The notes below the pieces were generated by a model, which worked only from the letters and a program-made list of their open reading frames with translations, was not told the DNA's origin and did no database searches. Below, one piece after another: positions 9,964-19,546 of a stretch of 39,607 nt of DNA. Within the stretch, counting starts at the first letter, position 1. Each line of letters begins with the position of its first letter. Location of the stretch: the sequence record SRR31156797_77. One strand, given 5' to 3'. A program made the translations under genes and the position numbers.

Positions 9964-10338
9964 TTACTCTTTGGAAGTACCATACAATGAGCGACTACGC
10001 TTTCTGTCAAATATTGGGCTCAAATCAAATTTTCCCCTTACAAGATGATATCGCACACCAGGTAGATCTGGAACTCTCCCTCCTCTAACCATAACGACTG
10101 CATGCTCTTGAAGGTTGTGTCCTTCACCAGGTATATAAGCAAACAATTTTTTTTTATTTGAGAGCAATATTTTAGCAACTTTTCTTCTTGCGGAGTTAGG
10201 CTTTTTAGGTGACCTAGTAAAAATCTTTATGCAAGTTCCCTTTTTTAAAGGCGCACCATCAAAGGCCGGAGTCTTTTTTCGTCTTTTTTTTTTTATGCGA
10301 GCGTTACTCTTTATAAGTTGTCGTCTGGTAGAGAACAA
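9964..10338 (-). CDS. rps12: Ribosomal protein S12 (TTG start)
   Basis: [36 protein letters not shown]. Confidence 0.99.
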   Translation of the reverse strand: MFSTRRQLIKSNARIKKKRRKKTPAFDGAPLKKGTCIKIFTRSPKKPNSARRKVAKILLSNKKKLFAYIPGEGHNLQEHAVVMVRGGRVPDLPGVRYHLVRGKFDLSPIFDRKRSRSLYGTSKE

Positions 10339-10403
10339 TTAGTTTTATCTGTAGGGTAAAAATTAACAATTATACTTGTCGAATATATAACATAAACGAA
10401 ATT

Positions 10404-10478
10404 GGTGAACTGTGGGATTTGAACCCACGTTTTTAGTTTCACAGACTAACGTCATAAACCAACTAGACCAAACTCACC
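10404..10478 (-). tRNA. trnH(gug): tRNA-His (GUG) with encoded G-1
   Basis: Anticodon loop CTGTGAA; G-1:C73 pair encoded. Confidence 0.95.
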
Positions 10479-11375
10479 TTATTGAGCCACTTTGGGTACT
10501 CTCTGAGTAGCAGATAGCTGCAAATACTTTAACAGTACAAATAACTGTTTATATATATTATTGCAACTTTTAAGTTGCGTTGTTAAAACCTTTCTGTAAA
10601 ATGTAATGGCATTATTCACTGAAGTGAAACGAACCAATTTGTTTATATCAGTGGTTCTAAGCATATAAAACCCGACACAAACTATACAAGGAAAACAGTC
10701 TCCCGTAGAGAACTCTCCCTCCAAATTTAATTTACTAATACCCTTTAAGGCACACCATGAGTTATTACTGAATCCTACCAAACTATTAGATGATATACTG
10801 TTGTACAACCAGTTGAGAGTGATTTCTCCACACCCATTTCTTCCGACAAAATTGGCTTTTTTAGACATCCTGTATGGGACAGATCCAACCTTTTTGAAAA
10901 AGTTAGTTGTTCGACGAATTAAATGAAAGGTAGGACCACAAAAATCCACTATTTTAAGACTTTTTACAGTTTTCATAGATTGTGTATGAAAAACAACGAC
11001 AAAGTTAGGAATATTTAAACACAACAAAAATCTTTTCTTTTCTACGTTTGCACGCTCACTATGTTTGTGTATTCTTTTTTTACTATCTTTTTTACCATTA
11101 ATCTTTTTAAAACTATTATAATCCTGATTAAGGGCTTCCAAAAGACCTTTCGTCTCAGAAAGCCACTGTCTTGGAGATCCTATAGTCCTTTCAAGAGCCG
11201 TCTTCTTCAATTGCCACCATATATCACCTGGATATATATCCATGAAAAAACCTAATTTTTTCTCCACGAATTTTTCCTCCTTACTCCATTTAAAGCTACC
11301 AAATCTGTTCCTATTTATTATAACAGATAACTTAACCTGCCTGTTTTTTAATTGATCTGCGACCTTACTTTTCAT
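10479..11375 (-). CDS. rpl10: Probable ribosomal protein L10 with N-terminal extension
   Basis: VVVFHTQSM, LYNSISSNSLVGFS and VGFYMLRTTDINKL loosely match the pattern of protist mitochondrial Rpl10; by-eye only. Confidence 0.5.
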   Translation of the reverse strand: MKSKVADQLKNRQVKLSVIINRNRFGSFKWSKEEKFVEKKLGFFMDIYPGDIWWQLKKTALERTIGSPRQWLSETKGLLEALNQDYNSFKKINGKKDSKKRIHKHSERANVEKKRFLLCLNIPNFVVVFHTQSMKTVKSLKIVDFCGPTFHLIRRTTNFFKKVGSVPYRMSKKANFVGRNGCGEITLNWLYNSISSNSLVGFSNNSWCALKGISKLNLEGEFSTGDCFPCIVCVGFYMLRTTDINKLVRFTSVNNAITFYRKVLTTQLKSCNNIYKQLFVLLKYLQLSATQRVPKVAQ

Positions 11376-11481
11376 AGTTAAATTACATAATTTTCTTTAC
11401 CATAAAATCCAATGAGTAGTATCCAAATTGAATACAATCCCATTTTTTTACTACTTAAGCAGGTTTAAATAAAATTCAATA

Positions 11482-13359
11482 TTACTGACAGTAAAAAGAA
11501 CATAAAGCCTTACACAACAAGTATTGAGCTCGTAACCAATCACTTAAATTATTTTTTCCTAAAGATGATACAACTAAAATGTTTTGTAAATTTACAAAAC
11601 ATTTTGACTTCAAGTTTCTACCATAATACTGAACTTTTGAATCAGAACTGTTTAAAGCAAGAAAGCGTACTATTTGGAGAAAAAAGAACGTCACAAAAAC
11701 ATCTAAGTCGCACAAAGCCAAATTGATGTTAAACTGATTAAGAAGTCCCGACACAACAGCATACAATTTAACAACTTGTACATCAAGTGGAAGCGGACAG
11801 TGTATATCTTGTTTTAACAACTCAGTAAATAATTGACCTCTTTGCAACAAATATACGGTAGATTGCTCTAAATCTGAGCCAAACTGAACAAAAGCAGCTA
11901 TTTCCCTATACTGTGCTAATTCAAGCTTCAAATTAGATGAAATACGCTTCATAGGAAGCTGCTGAGCTGAAGAACCAACCCTGCTAACGGACAATCCTAT
12001 ATTTATTGCTGGTCTTATTCCCTTATAAAATAATTCAGTTTCCAAAAATATCTGACCATCCGTAATAGATATAACATTTGTTGGAACATATGCTGATATA
12101 TCACCAGCTTGAGTTTCGATTATAGGCAGTGCCGTAAGCGATCCAGAACCAAATTCTTCTCTCATTTTGGCCGCGCGCTCTAATAGTCTAGAGTGTAAGA
12201 AAAACACATCACCTGGAAATGCTTCCCTACCTGGAGACCTACGCAAAAGGAGAGACATTTGTCTATAAGCAACTGCCTGTTTGCTTAGATCATCATATAC
12301 AACTAAACAATGCATTCCTTCATTTCTGTAATACTCACCTATGGTACAGCCTGTAAAAGGAGCCAAAAATTGTAGTGGGGCCGCGTCAGATGCGGTTGCT
12401 GCAACCACTGTAGTGTAACTAAAACTTCCTTTTTTGTTCAAAAAATCAACAACCTTTGAAATTGTTGATCTTTTTTGTCCTATTGCAACATAAACACAGT
12501 AAACTACTTCCCAGGGGTTATTATTATTATATGCAATAATATTTGAAAATGACTGATTTAGTATGGAGTCTAAAGCAATGGATGTCTTACCTATTTGTCT
12601 GTCCCCAATTATCAGTTCACGTTGCCCCCTTCCAATTGGAATCAAACTATCTATTGTTAATATACCAGTGTAGAGAGGCTCATTAATAGATTTTCTTTTT
12701 ATTATTCCAGGAGCTTTACTCTCCAAAAGATAGAATGGTATGTTTTTTTTCATTATGAACTCATACCACTCACTAAAACTGTTTTTTTGATTATCTGGAC
12801 ACCCTAAAGCGTCTACAACTTTACCTAATAAAATTTTGCCTACAGGTATATATATAACCTCTCCTGATCTAGAAACACTCTGCCCCTCTGTAATGTCCTT
12901 ATCATTTCCAAAAACAATAGCATTTACCTTTTCTTTTTCTATATTAAGCGCCATTCCCATAACACCTCCACCAAAATCTATTTTTTCACCAACCTTAACA
13001 CCCAATAACCCAAAAATTTTTGCAACTCCGTCACAAACTGACAGCACTCTCCCAACTCTATCCAGACGGACCGTTGCTCTGTAATTGATTAATCTTTCGT
13101 GAACAAGTAAATAGAATGTAAGAAAATTGTTTTCAAAATCCTGGCTACGACCTAAACCGAACTCTGCCCAGTAAGTATAAAGAAAGCGAAAAAAATTTCC
13201 ATGTGGATACTTGGTTGATACAGTGACCCTTTTTGCATAATTTAATACTCGTTCGGCATCTCCCTTTCTTATGGGAAAGCCATCTATGTTTTTGGGAAAT
13301 AAGTTTTTATCCATTTTCTGGATTACGAAAAGATTGTTTACATTTTTTGACACACTCAA
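11482..13359 (-). CDS. atp1: ATP synthase F1 alpha subunit with N-terminal extension (true start uncertain; may be fused to upstream delta-like ORF)
   Basis: [63 protein letters not shown]. The ORF-track start is a TTG immediately after an in-frame TAA. Confidence 0.98.
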   Translation of the reverse strand: MSVSKNVNNLFVIQKMDKNLFPKNIDGFPIRKGDAERVLNYAKRVTVSTKYPHGNFFRFLYTYWAEFGLGRSQDFENNFLTFYLLVHERLINYRATVRLDRVGRVLSVCDGVAKIFGLLGVKVGEKIDFGGGVMGMALNIEKEKVNAIVFGNDKDITEGQSVSRSGEVIYIPVGKILLGKVVDALGCPDNQKNSFSEWYEFIMKKNIPFYLLESKAPGIIKRKSINEPLYTGILTIDSLIPIGRGQRELIIGDRQIGKTSIALDSILNQSFSNIIAYNNNNPWEVVYCVYVAIGQKRSTISKVVDFLNKKGSFSYTTVVAATASDAAPLQFLAPFTGCTIGEYYRNEGMHCLVVYDDLSKQAVAYRQMSLLLRRSPGREAFPGDVFFLHSRLLERAAKMREEFGSGSLTALPIIETQAGDISAYVPTNVISITDGQIFLETELFYKGIRPAINIGLSVSRVGSSAQQLPMKRISSNLKLELAQYREIAAFVQFGSDLEQSTVYLLQRGQLFTELLKQDIHCPLPLDVQVVKLYAVVSGLLNQFNINLALCDLDVFVTFFFLQIVRFLALNSSDSKVQYYGRNLKSKCFVNLQNILVVSSLGKNNLSDWLRAQYLLCKALCSFYCQ

Positions 13360-13804
13360 TTATAACTTCTTTAGTCAAAACGTTAAACATTATGTCATTG
13401 AGACGATTTATTGAATTAGTATTGTCTACAGTGCTACTATTGACATAATTAATCAGTCCGCTTTTCCAGTCCTTTAGACCGAAAACGATGTACTTTGGAA
13501 GTTCGGAAAAATCACCCTTTTCTGCTATACTTTCGACAAGCTGCGTTCTAGTTTCAAACCACAACTCAAACTCTTCATCAGTAAAGTGGCTACCCATAAT
13601 ATTTCTCATCTCATTTTTTAGCTCCAAACTGTTAATCCTTGAATCTGGATCAAAAGGAATTTTTCCCAATTTTGGTCCCCTGAATATTAATAAAGAGTTC
13701 CTCCTTTTTCTCACCATAAAGTCAATTGTCGTGTATGGAAGCCACATAAATGGGCCATCTGGAAGCTTCTGATTATAATTTTTATTCTTGTTTCTTTTTG
13801 TCAT
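13307..13804 (-). CDS. Putative ATP synthase delta subunit (bacterial AtpH / mitochondrial OSCP homologue), N-terminal part
   Basis: [19 protein letters not shown] resembles Atp[51 protein letters not shown] aligns ungapped to [31 protein letters not shown]; atpH-atpA adjacency. Confidence 0.65.
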   Translation of the reverse strand: MTKRNKNKNYNQKLPDGPFMWLPYTTIDFMVRKRRNSLLIFRGPKLGKIPFDPDSRINSLELKNEMRNIMGSHFTDEEFELWFETRTQLVESIAEKGDFSELPKYIVFGLKDWKSGLINYVNSSTVDNTNSINRLNDIMFNVLTKEVIIECVKKCKQSFRNPENG

Positions 13805-13845
13805 TTTATTTTATTTCGTTGTTTCTTAGATTTCCTTATTTTTAA

Positions 13846-15432
13846 TTAAAGTTGGTAATATGATGAGTATAAGTCTTTTTTAAAAAGTACTGTTTCCTCA
13901 CCTCCCAACTGTATCGGGGTTCCTCCCCACCAATATAAACCAATTAAAATGAATAGCCATAAAGCATCCACAAAATGCCAGTACCACACTACGGCATCAA
14001 ATCCCACGAAATTATCATCACTTCCAAACTGTCCAAGTTTACATCTTATTAAGAGTATCCCTATTAAAGATACACCTATAATAACGTGAATTCCATGAAA
14101 TCCAGTTAGTAAGTAGAAAACTGAATGATATATACCATTTGAAATACTGTTTCTTGACTCAACATACTCACAAATTTGTGTAATTATAAATAACATTCCT
14201 AATAAAAATGTGACTTTTAAATCTCTGTTAATTTTTTCATTGATTTTAGAGTCGTAGGTTCTAACATATTCGTAGTTCTCAATCTTGTGTCTTTCCTTAG
14301 AAAATAATCTGTAAGATGAACGCATTTCTGAGATGTAAAATAGTTTATTCTTTAAGGAAATGGAATATTTTGAATAGTAATAAACCACTAAATTGACTAA
14401 ATTTTTATTTAGCTTAGTAAAAATGACTGTTAGAGTAACTTTATTATACCTGTGATTAATCACAGAGTCTGTTAAAGCACGTGTAAAGGATACTGCAGTA
14501 TCCTTTATATTTAGAACAGAATTAGGAAGTGACCCCAGGCACTTATGTGATACTTTATTGTACAAAGTTGATAGTCGTTTGAATAATAATGGAAATAACA
14601 AACTTTTATTGTACTTGTTACGGTGGAAAAGTTTAAAGTCTTCAAAAACGGCGTTTGCTCTGTAGATAGTTGGTTGAGTCAAAAGTGCTAAAAAAAAACG
14701 ATAGTGAACTAAAATAAATTCCCCAACATTATCAATATTAGTATGGAACCAAGCCTTATACAAAGAATAATTACTATACTCTTCACACAAAAACCAATCA
14801 ATAAACCTGAAAAAAATAAAATTCAAACCACCAACTTTTTTCACCTCAGTAGCAGCGGACCGAGTAAAGATTATAGGGTCTTTTTCTTTGTCCAGCAAGA
14901 TAACGTTAGAAGTTTCTGTATTGGCTCTGTTTCTTTTTTGAAAGACTAATTGATAGTGACTTGAGGTTATGGTAATACTTGATATTAGCAAAATAACTGT
15001 ATTTATGAGTGGAATTCCCCATGGGTTTATATAATCAGTCCCTATAGGGGGCCAGACTATTCCAGAAGCAATAGAAGCAACCAAGCTATTATGAAAAAAG
15101 GACCAAAAAAAACCAACAAAAAATAATACCTCAGAAAGTATAACCAGTAAGACCATAAACTTGTAATTAATTACAACCTTATAGCTGCATTTTTCCAAGA
15201 ATATACTTTCTCTAATTACATCTCTTATCCAAAGAGCCATACAATAAAACAATAGGCTAAACCCTATAAGGGATACTAGAGGCCCCTCTTTATAACCGTT
15301 AAAATAAAGAGCCAAACCTATACCAACAATAATCAAAGGAAAACAAGCAAAAAATGGCCACGGGCTGTACCCAATAGAATAAAATCTATTTCTTAATTTA
15401 ATATATTTATAATTATTCTTTTTTTTGTTCAT
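13846..15432 (-). CDS. cox3: Cytochrome c oxidase subunit 3 with ~240 aa in-frame insertion
   Basis: SPWP, WIRDVIRES, SEVLFFVGFFWSFFH, WPP, LLTGFHGIHV, WYWHFVD. Confidence 0.97.
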   Translation of the reverse strand: MNKKKNNYKYIKLRNRFYSIGYSPWPFFACFPLIIVGIGLALYFNGYKEGPLVSLIGFSLLFYCMALWIRDVIRESIFLEKCSYKVVINYKFMVLLVILSEVLFFVGFFWSFFHNSLVASIASGIVWPPIGTDYINPWGIPLINTVILLISSITITSSHYQLVFQKRNRANTETSNVILLDKEKDPIIFTRSAATEVKKVGGLNFIFFRFIDWFLCEEYSNYSLYKAWFHTNIDNVGEFILVHYRFFLALLTQPTIYRANAVFEDFKLFHRNKYNKSLLFPLLFKRLSTLYNKVSHKCLGSLPNSVLNIKDTAVSFTRALTDSVINHRYNKVTLTVIFTKLNKNLVNLVVYYYSKYSISLKNKLFYISEMRSSYRLFSKERHKIENYEYVRTYDSKINEKINRDLKVTFLLGMLFIITQICEYVESRNSISNGIYHSVFYLLTGFHGIHVIIGVSLIGILLIRCKLGQFGSDDNFVGFDAVVWYWHFVDALWLFILIGLYWWGGTPIQLGGEETVLFKKDLYSSYYQL

Positions 15433-15499
15433 GCTTATAACCTGTAACTCAGTCCTTAGTTACTTTTGTCGGGGTTTCTTCTCTTGCTTCTATTGTCCT

Positions 15500-16117
15500 C
15501 TACTTAATAAATAAAGTATAAGACAATATAATATTATCAACATTAGCAACACGAAAATCTTCCTTATAGGAAGGATCTATATAAAAAAGAACAGGGAGCT
15601 CTATTATCTCTTTTGGTGCTATCCACTGTTCTTCAAAGCAAAAGCACTGTATTTTATTAAAATAAATGCTTATGTTATTTGGTGTGGTAGTATAGGTTGC
15701 TATAACTGAAATAGCATGATTTTCCAAATTTTTTATTTTATAAAAAACCAATGCAGCTTCTCCAGATTTAACCAATACCTCCGGCTGTAACGGCGAAAAG
15801 ACTACCCTAGTGGGTTGAAGAACATCAGTATTTAATCTTACTAGAAAGTTGTTAGTGTCCTTTACTCTGTCCTTTAACAAAGACTCTCTCAAGAGCTTTG
15901 CTTTACGAAACAAAGTCTCACCTTCCATTATATTAGCTTGACAGAAAAGGTTATAAACCGGCACTGCACCATATGCCAAACTTACCATAATAATTATAAG
16001 AATCACAAGATAAGAATAATTATAACCACTGTTCTCGAATATTCTTCTCAATTTTTCTTGTCCCTCTTTTTTAACAAAATTCCGATGGATTTGGACGTTC
16101 CAATTAACATTTTGCAC
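15500..16117 (-). CDS. cox11: Cytochrome c oxidase assembly protein Cox11 (CtaG); start may be the TTG at 16051
   Basis: YGAVPVYNLFCQ, YFNKIQCFCFEEQ, LPVLFYIDP, LSYTLF. Confidence 0.97.
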   Translation of the reverse strand: MQNVNWNVQIHRNFVKKEGQEKLRRIFENSGYNYSYLVILIIIMVSLAYGAVPVYNLFCQANIMEGETLFRKAKLLRESLLKDRVKDTNNFLVRLNTDVLQPTRVVFSPLQPEVLVKSGEAALVFYKIKNLENHAISVIATYTTTPNNISIYFNKIQCFCFEEQWIAPKEIIELPVLFYIDPSYKEDFRVANVDNIILSYTLFIK

Positions 16118-16485
16118 ATACCACGTATTTCGTGGGCTGATTTTTTTTCACCATATTTAAGCATACATATTTCATATATAGTTCTTAGAGAAATACGCCC
16201 AGCCAATTCCTTCTTGGGAAGACTACTGCCATACTCGGTGTTGGAAACCCTTTTTACAAAAAATGAGTTGGTTGGTTTAAAGTACTTTATTTTGAAGCTC
16301 TTATCAGGTAAAACCGTAATTTCAACAGGTATTATAGTACCATTTTTGTTATAACTCATTTGTTTCTCAAACTCTTCGCAAACTTGTGAAGAACTTGCAT
16401 TATTTTGTCCTATTGTCTGAGTAACACTTGGCTCTTCAAGTGACCCACCGACCGGAACGAACATCTTGAATTTTTTTTTCCACAT
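16048..16485 (-). CDS. rpl11: Ribosomal protein L11
   Basis: PSVTQTIGQ, CEEF, IPVEITVLPDKSF, GRISLRTIYEI, GTSKSIGI. Confidence 0.92.
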   Translation of the reverse strand: MWKKKFKMFVPVGGSLEEPSVTQTIGQNNASSSQVCEEFEKQMSYNKNGTIIPVEITVLPDKSFKIKYFKPTNSFFVKRVSNTEYGSSLPKKELAGRISLRTIYEICMLKYGEKKSAHEIRGMCKMLIGTSKSIGILLKKRDKKN

Positions 16486-16539
16486 TTTATTTTATTCTTT
16501 TTCAGTCTCTTATATACACTTGTCTATATTTTATATAGA

Positions 16540-16612
16540 CAGAGGAGACGGGATTTGAACCCATATCGGTGGTTTTGGAGACCACTGCTCTACCAAATTA
16601 AGCTACTCCTTT
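16540..16612 (-). tRNA. trnW(cca): tRNA-Trp (CCA)
   Basis: Anticodon arm GTGGT-CTCCAAA-ACCAC, G73; A2:C71 mismatch. Confidence 0.95.
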
Positions 16613-16637
16613 TGAGAACCACCCAAAAAGGGTTTTT

Positions 16638-18470
16638 TTAATAAAAATTCTTATAAGTCTCCAAATCAATCACTGTAAACAAGTTGTATAAGGAACCAGT
16701 TGTAGCCACATCACTAATGGAGCTTTCAACAATCCTATTAATGTGTGCAACGTCCAGTGTTTTAGTGGAACCAAAAAGGTTCAGTTGCGACCAGTTGTAA
16801 AACTTTGATTCCATTCTACGCATGGTAGCATTTTTGCCTGATCTTATAAGTTTTTCTTTCAAACCTATTGTCAATCCTCTGTAATGCCTTTTTCTAATAA
16901 GATTTTTGTCCCATTCGTGCTTGTAAACCAAAGAGCCAATTGAACTTATACTTTGATTGTGACATCTCTGAGTGTTAAAACCTTTGATTTTATTCAAAGT
17001 TCGTAATAAAAATTTGTTCATTTTTTTCTTTTTATATATAGGATTAGAGTTGTTAATACCAACCAAGAAAGATTTTCTAAAGTAGTTTCTTTTTATTGTT
17101 AAATATAAAACGTCATCTATGGAGCGAGAAAAAGTTGACTTTAATACAAGTAAAGTAAAAAGCTCATTTAAGTAACTATGATCATAACAAGCTTCTAGTT
17201 TAGAAACTTTAACGTGATACCCTTCTAAACCAAGTAAAATCTGTTTAAATTGCATTGAATATAGACGTTTTAATAAAGGCCCTACCCGCTTTTTCAAGTG
17301 GGAACTACAAATAGATGACCTCAAACCATAGGATTCTTTGAAACCACTTAAAACATCAGCAGAGGAAAAAACACTTTTATCAATGTTCAGTGTGCTCATG
17401 AGACCACAATAACATAATGACATTATGTTATCATTAACCCATGAACTTTTCAGGTTAATAAGTGACATTACTCTCAAAATTAATGTATGTAGTGAACCAA
17501 CATACATGGCTTTAATATCATAATTAGTCCAACTTACTGCGTCTATACGTTCATCGTCATCTTGACTAAAATCCATACCATAATTTACTTCTGTACAAGA
17601 TACTAGGTCTCTTTTTGCAATTTCTAAATTATTTGAAACAAGGGTTAAGCAAGTTATGTAAGGTATATACACACCAAGCGTATCGAAAAAGGACATTCTA
17701 ACCTTGGATTTAAAGTCTGATAAATTGATTTTATTAGTGTATGTTTCTAGTTTCCATTGCTCCGCTGACGTTTTGTGAACGTGAGGAGATCTCTGCATGG
17801 AAAAAGAATGCTCTTTAGAAGGTAGGTAAAAGATATTGTTCTTTTTGGGACTGTTAAAAATGTCAAGGATATAACTTTTTTTTGTTCTCATCATAACCCC
17901 CAAGCCGCCAAAACTTTTAGATCTTGTGGAATATATACATGTTGAAAGACATAAACCTTTTTTCCAAACAGATAACAATTTAGTAAAAATTTCAGCCTTT
18001 TTAGAACGCAATTGCGTTCTAAGTATAATATAAAGAAGAAAAAAGAATTTTGATTTAAGCAAATTGAAGTACATTATGAACAAACACAACTCATATATAG
18101 ATAAAATATTAATAATAACACCCTTTCTAAAACTAATAAAATGGTATTCCAATAGGGTATTGCTACCAATGTAATCACCAAATAACATGAGACTCATAAG
18201 TTTATTTTTCATCGAAAATTTTTTCATAAGCCCAGTAAACCGCATGGTTCTCAACTCTTTTATTTTACACTTCCCTTTGGATTTAATAACCTTAAAAACA
18301 AATTTTACTAACTTGTCCTCAAATTGTTTATAATTTAAATCCTCTGCGTTAACCTCATTTAAATACAAATTAATCATTTTTTGTATAAATACTGACTGGT
18401 ATTTACACTGTATTTCATTGTAACATCTAACGTCTAAACTTAGGTTTGCTAAAGCTTTATTGCTTTTCAT
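16638..18470 (-). CDS. rps10: Greatly expanded ribosomal protein S10 (610 aa)
   Basis: YLPSKEHSFSMQRSPHVHKTSAEQWKLETY matches the S10 signature LP..R.F.VLRSPHV.K.SREQF. Confidence 0.8.
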   Translation of the reverse strand: MKSNKALANLSLDVRCYNEIQCKYQSVFIQKMINLYLNEVNAEDLNYKQFEDKLVKFVFKVIKSKGKCKIKELRTMRFTGLMKKFSMKNKLMSLMLFGDYIGSNTLLEYHFISFRKGVIINILSIYELCLFIMYFNLLKSKFFFLLYIILRTQLRSKKAEIFTKLLSVWKKGLCLSTCIYSTRSKSFGGLGVMMRTKKSYILDIFNSPKKNNIFYLPSKEHSFSMQRSPHVHKTSAEQWKLETYTNKINLSDFKSKVRMSFFDTLGVYIPYITCLTLVSNNLEIAKRDLVSCTEVNYGMDFSQDDDERIDAVSWTNYDIKAMYVGSLHTLILRVMSLINLKSSWVNDNIMSLCYCGLMSTLNIDKSVFSSADVLSGFKESYGLRSSICSSHLKKRVGPLLKRLYSMQFKQILLGLEGYHVKVSKLEACYDHSYLNELFTLLVLKSTFSRSIDDVLYLTIKRNYFRKSFLVGINNSNPIYKKKKMNKFLLRTLNKIKGFNTQRCHNQSISSIGSLVYKHEWDKNLIRKRHYRGLTIGLKEKLIRSGKNATMRRMESKFYNWSQLNLFGSTKTLDVAHINRIVESSISDVATTGSLYNLFTVIDLETYKNFY

Positions 18471-18613
18471 AAATATATTAACTTATAATTTTGGTTTGTA
18501 TAGAGAAGACAATACGTTGTCTTAGATTACTACCTTGACAAATTTAGAAAAGCGTACCGACACCGTTAATTACCTACTTTAGTTAAAAAAAGCACATAAT
18601 TAGAAAAAGATCA

Positions 18614-18685
18614 AACTCCTTACGGGATTCGAACCCGTATTGACGCCATGAAAAGGCGTTGTCCTTGCCATTAGACGAAAGGAGG
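18614..18685 (-). tRNA. trnE(uuc): tRNA-Glu (UUC)
   Basis: Anticodon arm ACGCC-TTTTCAT-GGCGT; C1:U72 mismatch. Confidence 0.94.
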
Positions 18686-19060
18686 TTATACAATACCATG
18701 AGCAAGAGCCATTAACTTAAACACTTTTACATTTTTAATTTCAGAGGGTAAAACTCCTTTCACTCTTGTTCCAGCTAACCTTTTGGTCTTCCTAGAATTA
18801 AATAAAACACACTCGTTGTTTTCAAATGAAACCCTAACTCTATCTTTCCTATACAAATATTTTTTTGCACGTATCAATAAACCATAAACCAGCTCACCTT
18901 TCTTTACATTCGACTTAGACCTTAGTGATTTAACACTACCAAGGAAAAAACTACCCACCTTTACTTCTTTTGTATGATTTCCGTAGACCTTAAAACATCT
19001 TACTATCAGCGGACCGGAATTGTCCGCAACTTTAACACAGGTTCTAACAGTTTGATTCAA
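18686..19060 (-). CDS. rpl14: Ribosomal protein L14 (TTG start)
   Basis: KVADNSG, KKGELV, FENNECVL, GTRVKG. Confidence 0.96.
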   Translation of the reverse strand: MNQTVRTCVKVADNSGPLIVRCFKVYGNHTKEVKVGSFFLGSVKSLRSKSNVKKGELVYGLLIRAKKYLYRKDRVRVSFENNECVLFNSRKTKRLAGTRVKGVLPSEIKNVKVFKLMALAHGIV

Positions 19061-19134
19061 TTATTCTTTAAAGCTCTTAAGTTTCTAACTTGCATTATTT
19101 TCCATTAATTCTGTTCAAAGAGAAACAGATTATC

Positions 19135-19208
19135 AGTGCTCTATAGGATTTGAACCTATAACAATCGATTTAGAAGACCGATGCTCTATCCAATTGAGCT
19201 AAGAGCAA
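19135..19208 (-). tRNA. trnR(ucu): tRNA-Arg (UCU)
   Basis: Anticodon arm TCGGT-CTTCTAA-ATCGA; U1:C72 mismatch. Confidence 0.94.
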
Positions 19209-19258
19209 ACTCCTGGTGCGGAAAACAACTTTCTGTTGCTTATCAGCAAGTAAAAAAA

Positions 19259-19330
19259 ACGGGTATAGATTAATTGGCAAATTCATTACCTTCCAAGTAA
19301 TAAATATGGGTTCGAATCCCATTACCCGTA
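19259..19330 (+). tRNA. trnG(ucc): tRNA-Gly (UCC)
   Basis: ACGGGTA/TACCCGT acceptor, anticodon loop CTTCCAA. Confidence 0.95.
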
Positions 19331-19342
19331 TGCAACTATAAG

Positions 19343-19429
19343 GCCCGTTTGGTGAAAATTGGTAAACACAGCAGACTTAAAATCTGCGTTCCAAAAATGG
19401 AACTGCTGGTTCAAGTCCAGTAACGGGTA
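19343..19429 (+). tRNA. trnL(uaa): tRNA-Leu (UAA)
   Basis: GCAGA-CTTAAAA-TCTGC, long variable arm. Confidence 0.95.
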
Positions 19430-19449
19430 AAAAGTTAATCCTGTTTACT

Positions 19450-19523
19450 TGAGCTCAAGTAGATTCGAACTACTGACTTCACACTTATCAGGCGTGCACT
19501 CTGTCCAACTGAGTTATGAGCTC
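19450..19523 (-). tRNA. trnI(gau): tRNA-Ile (GAU)
   Basis: GAGCTCA/TGAGCTC acceptor, anticodon loop CTGATAA. Confidence 0.95.
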
Positions 19524-19546
19524 TGTGCTTAATTGTAAACTACTTA

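Noticed and set aside
14230-14940. Group I/II intron or intein in cox3
   Set aside because: No GTGCG/domain V, group I core, homing endonuclease or intein terminal residues seen; kept as an in-frame insertion.
16540-16612. UGA=Trp genetic code
   Set aside because: trnW has a CCA anticodon, conserved genes are open in the standard code, and TGA ends rpl11, orf603 and rps4.
18471-18613. ncRNA in the rps10-trnE spacer (hairpin AGACAA-TACG-TTGTCT)
   Set aside because: A single short hairpin with no recognisable family motif.
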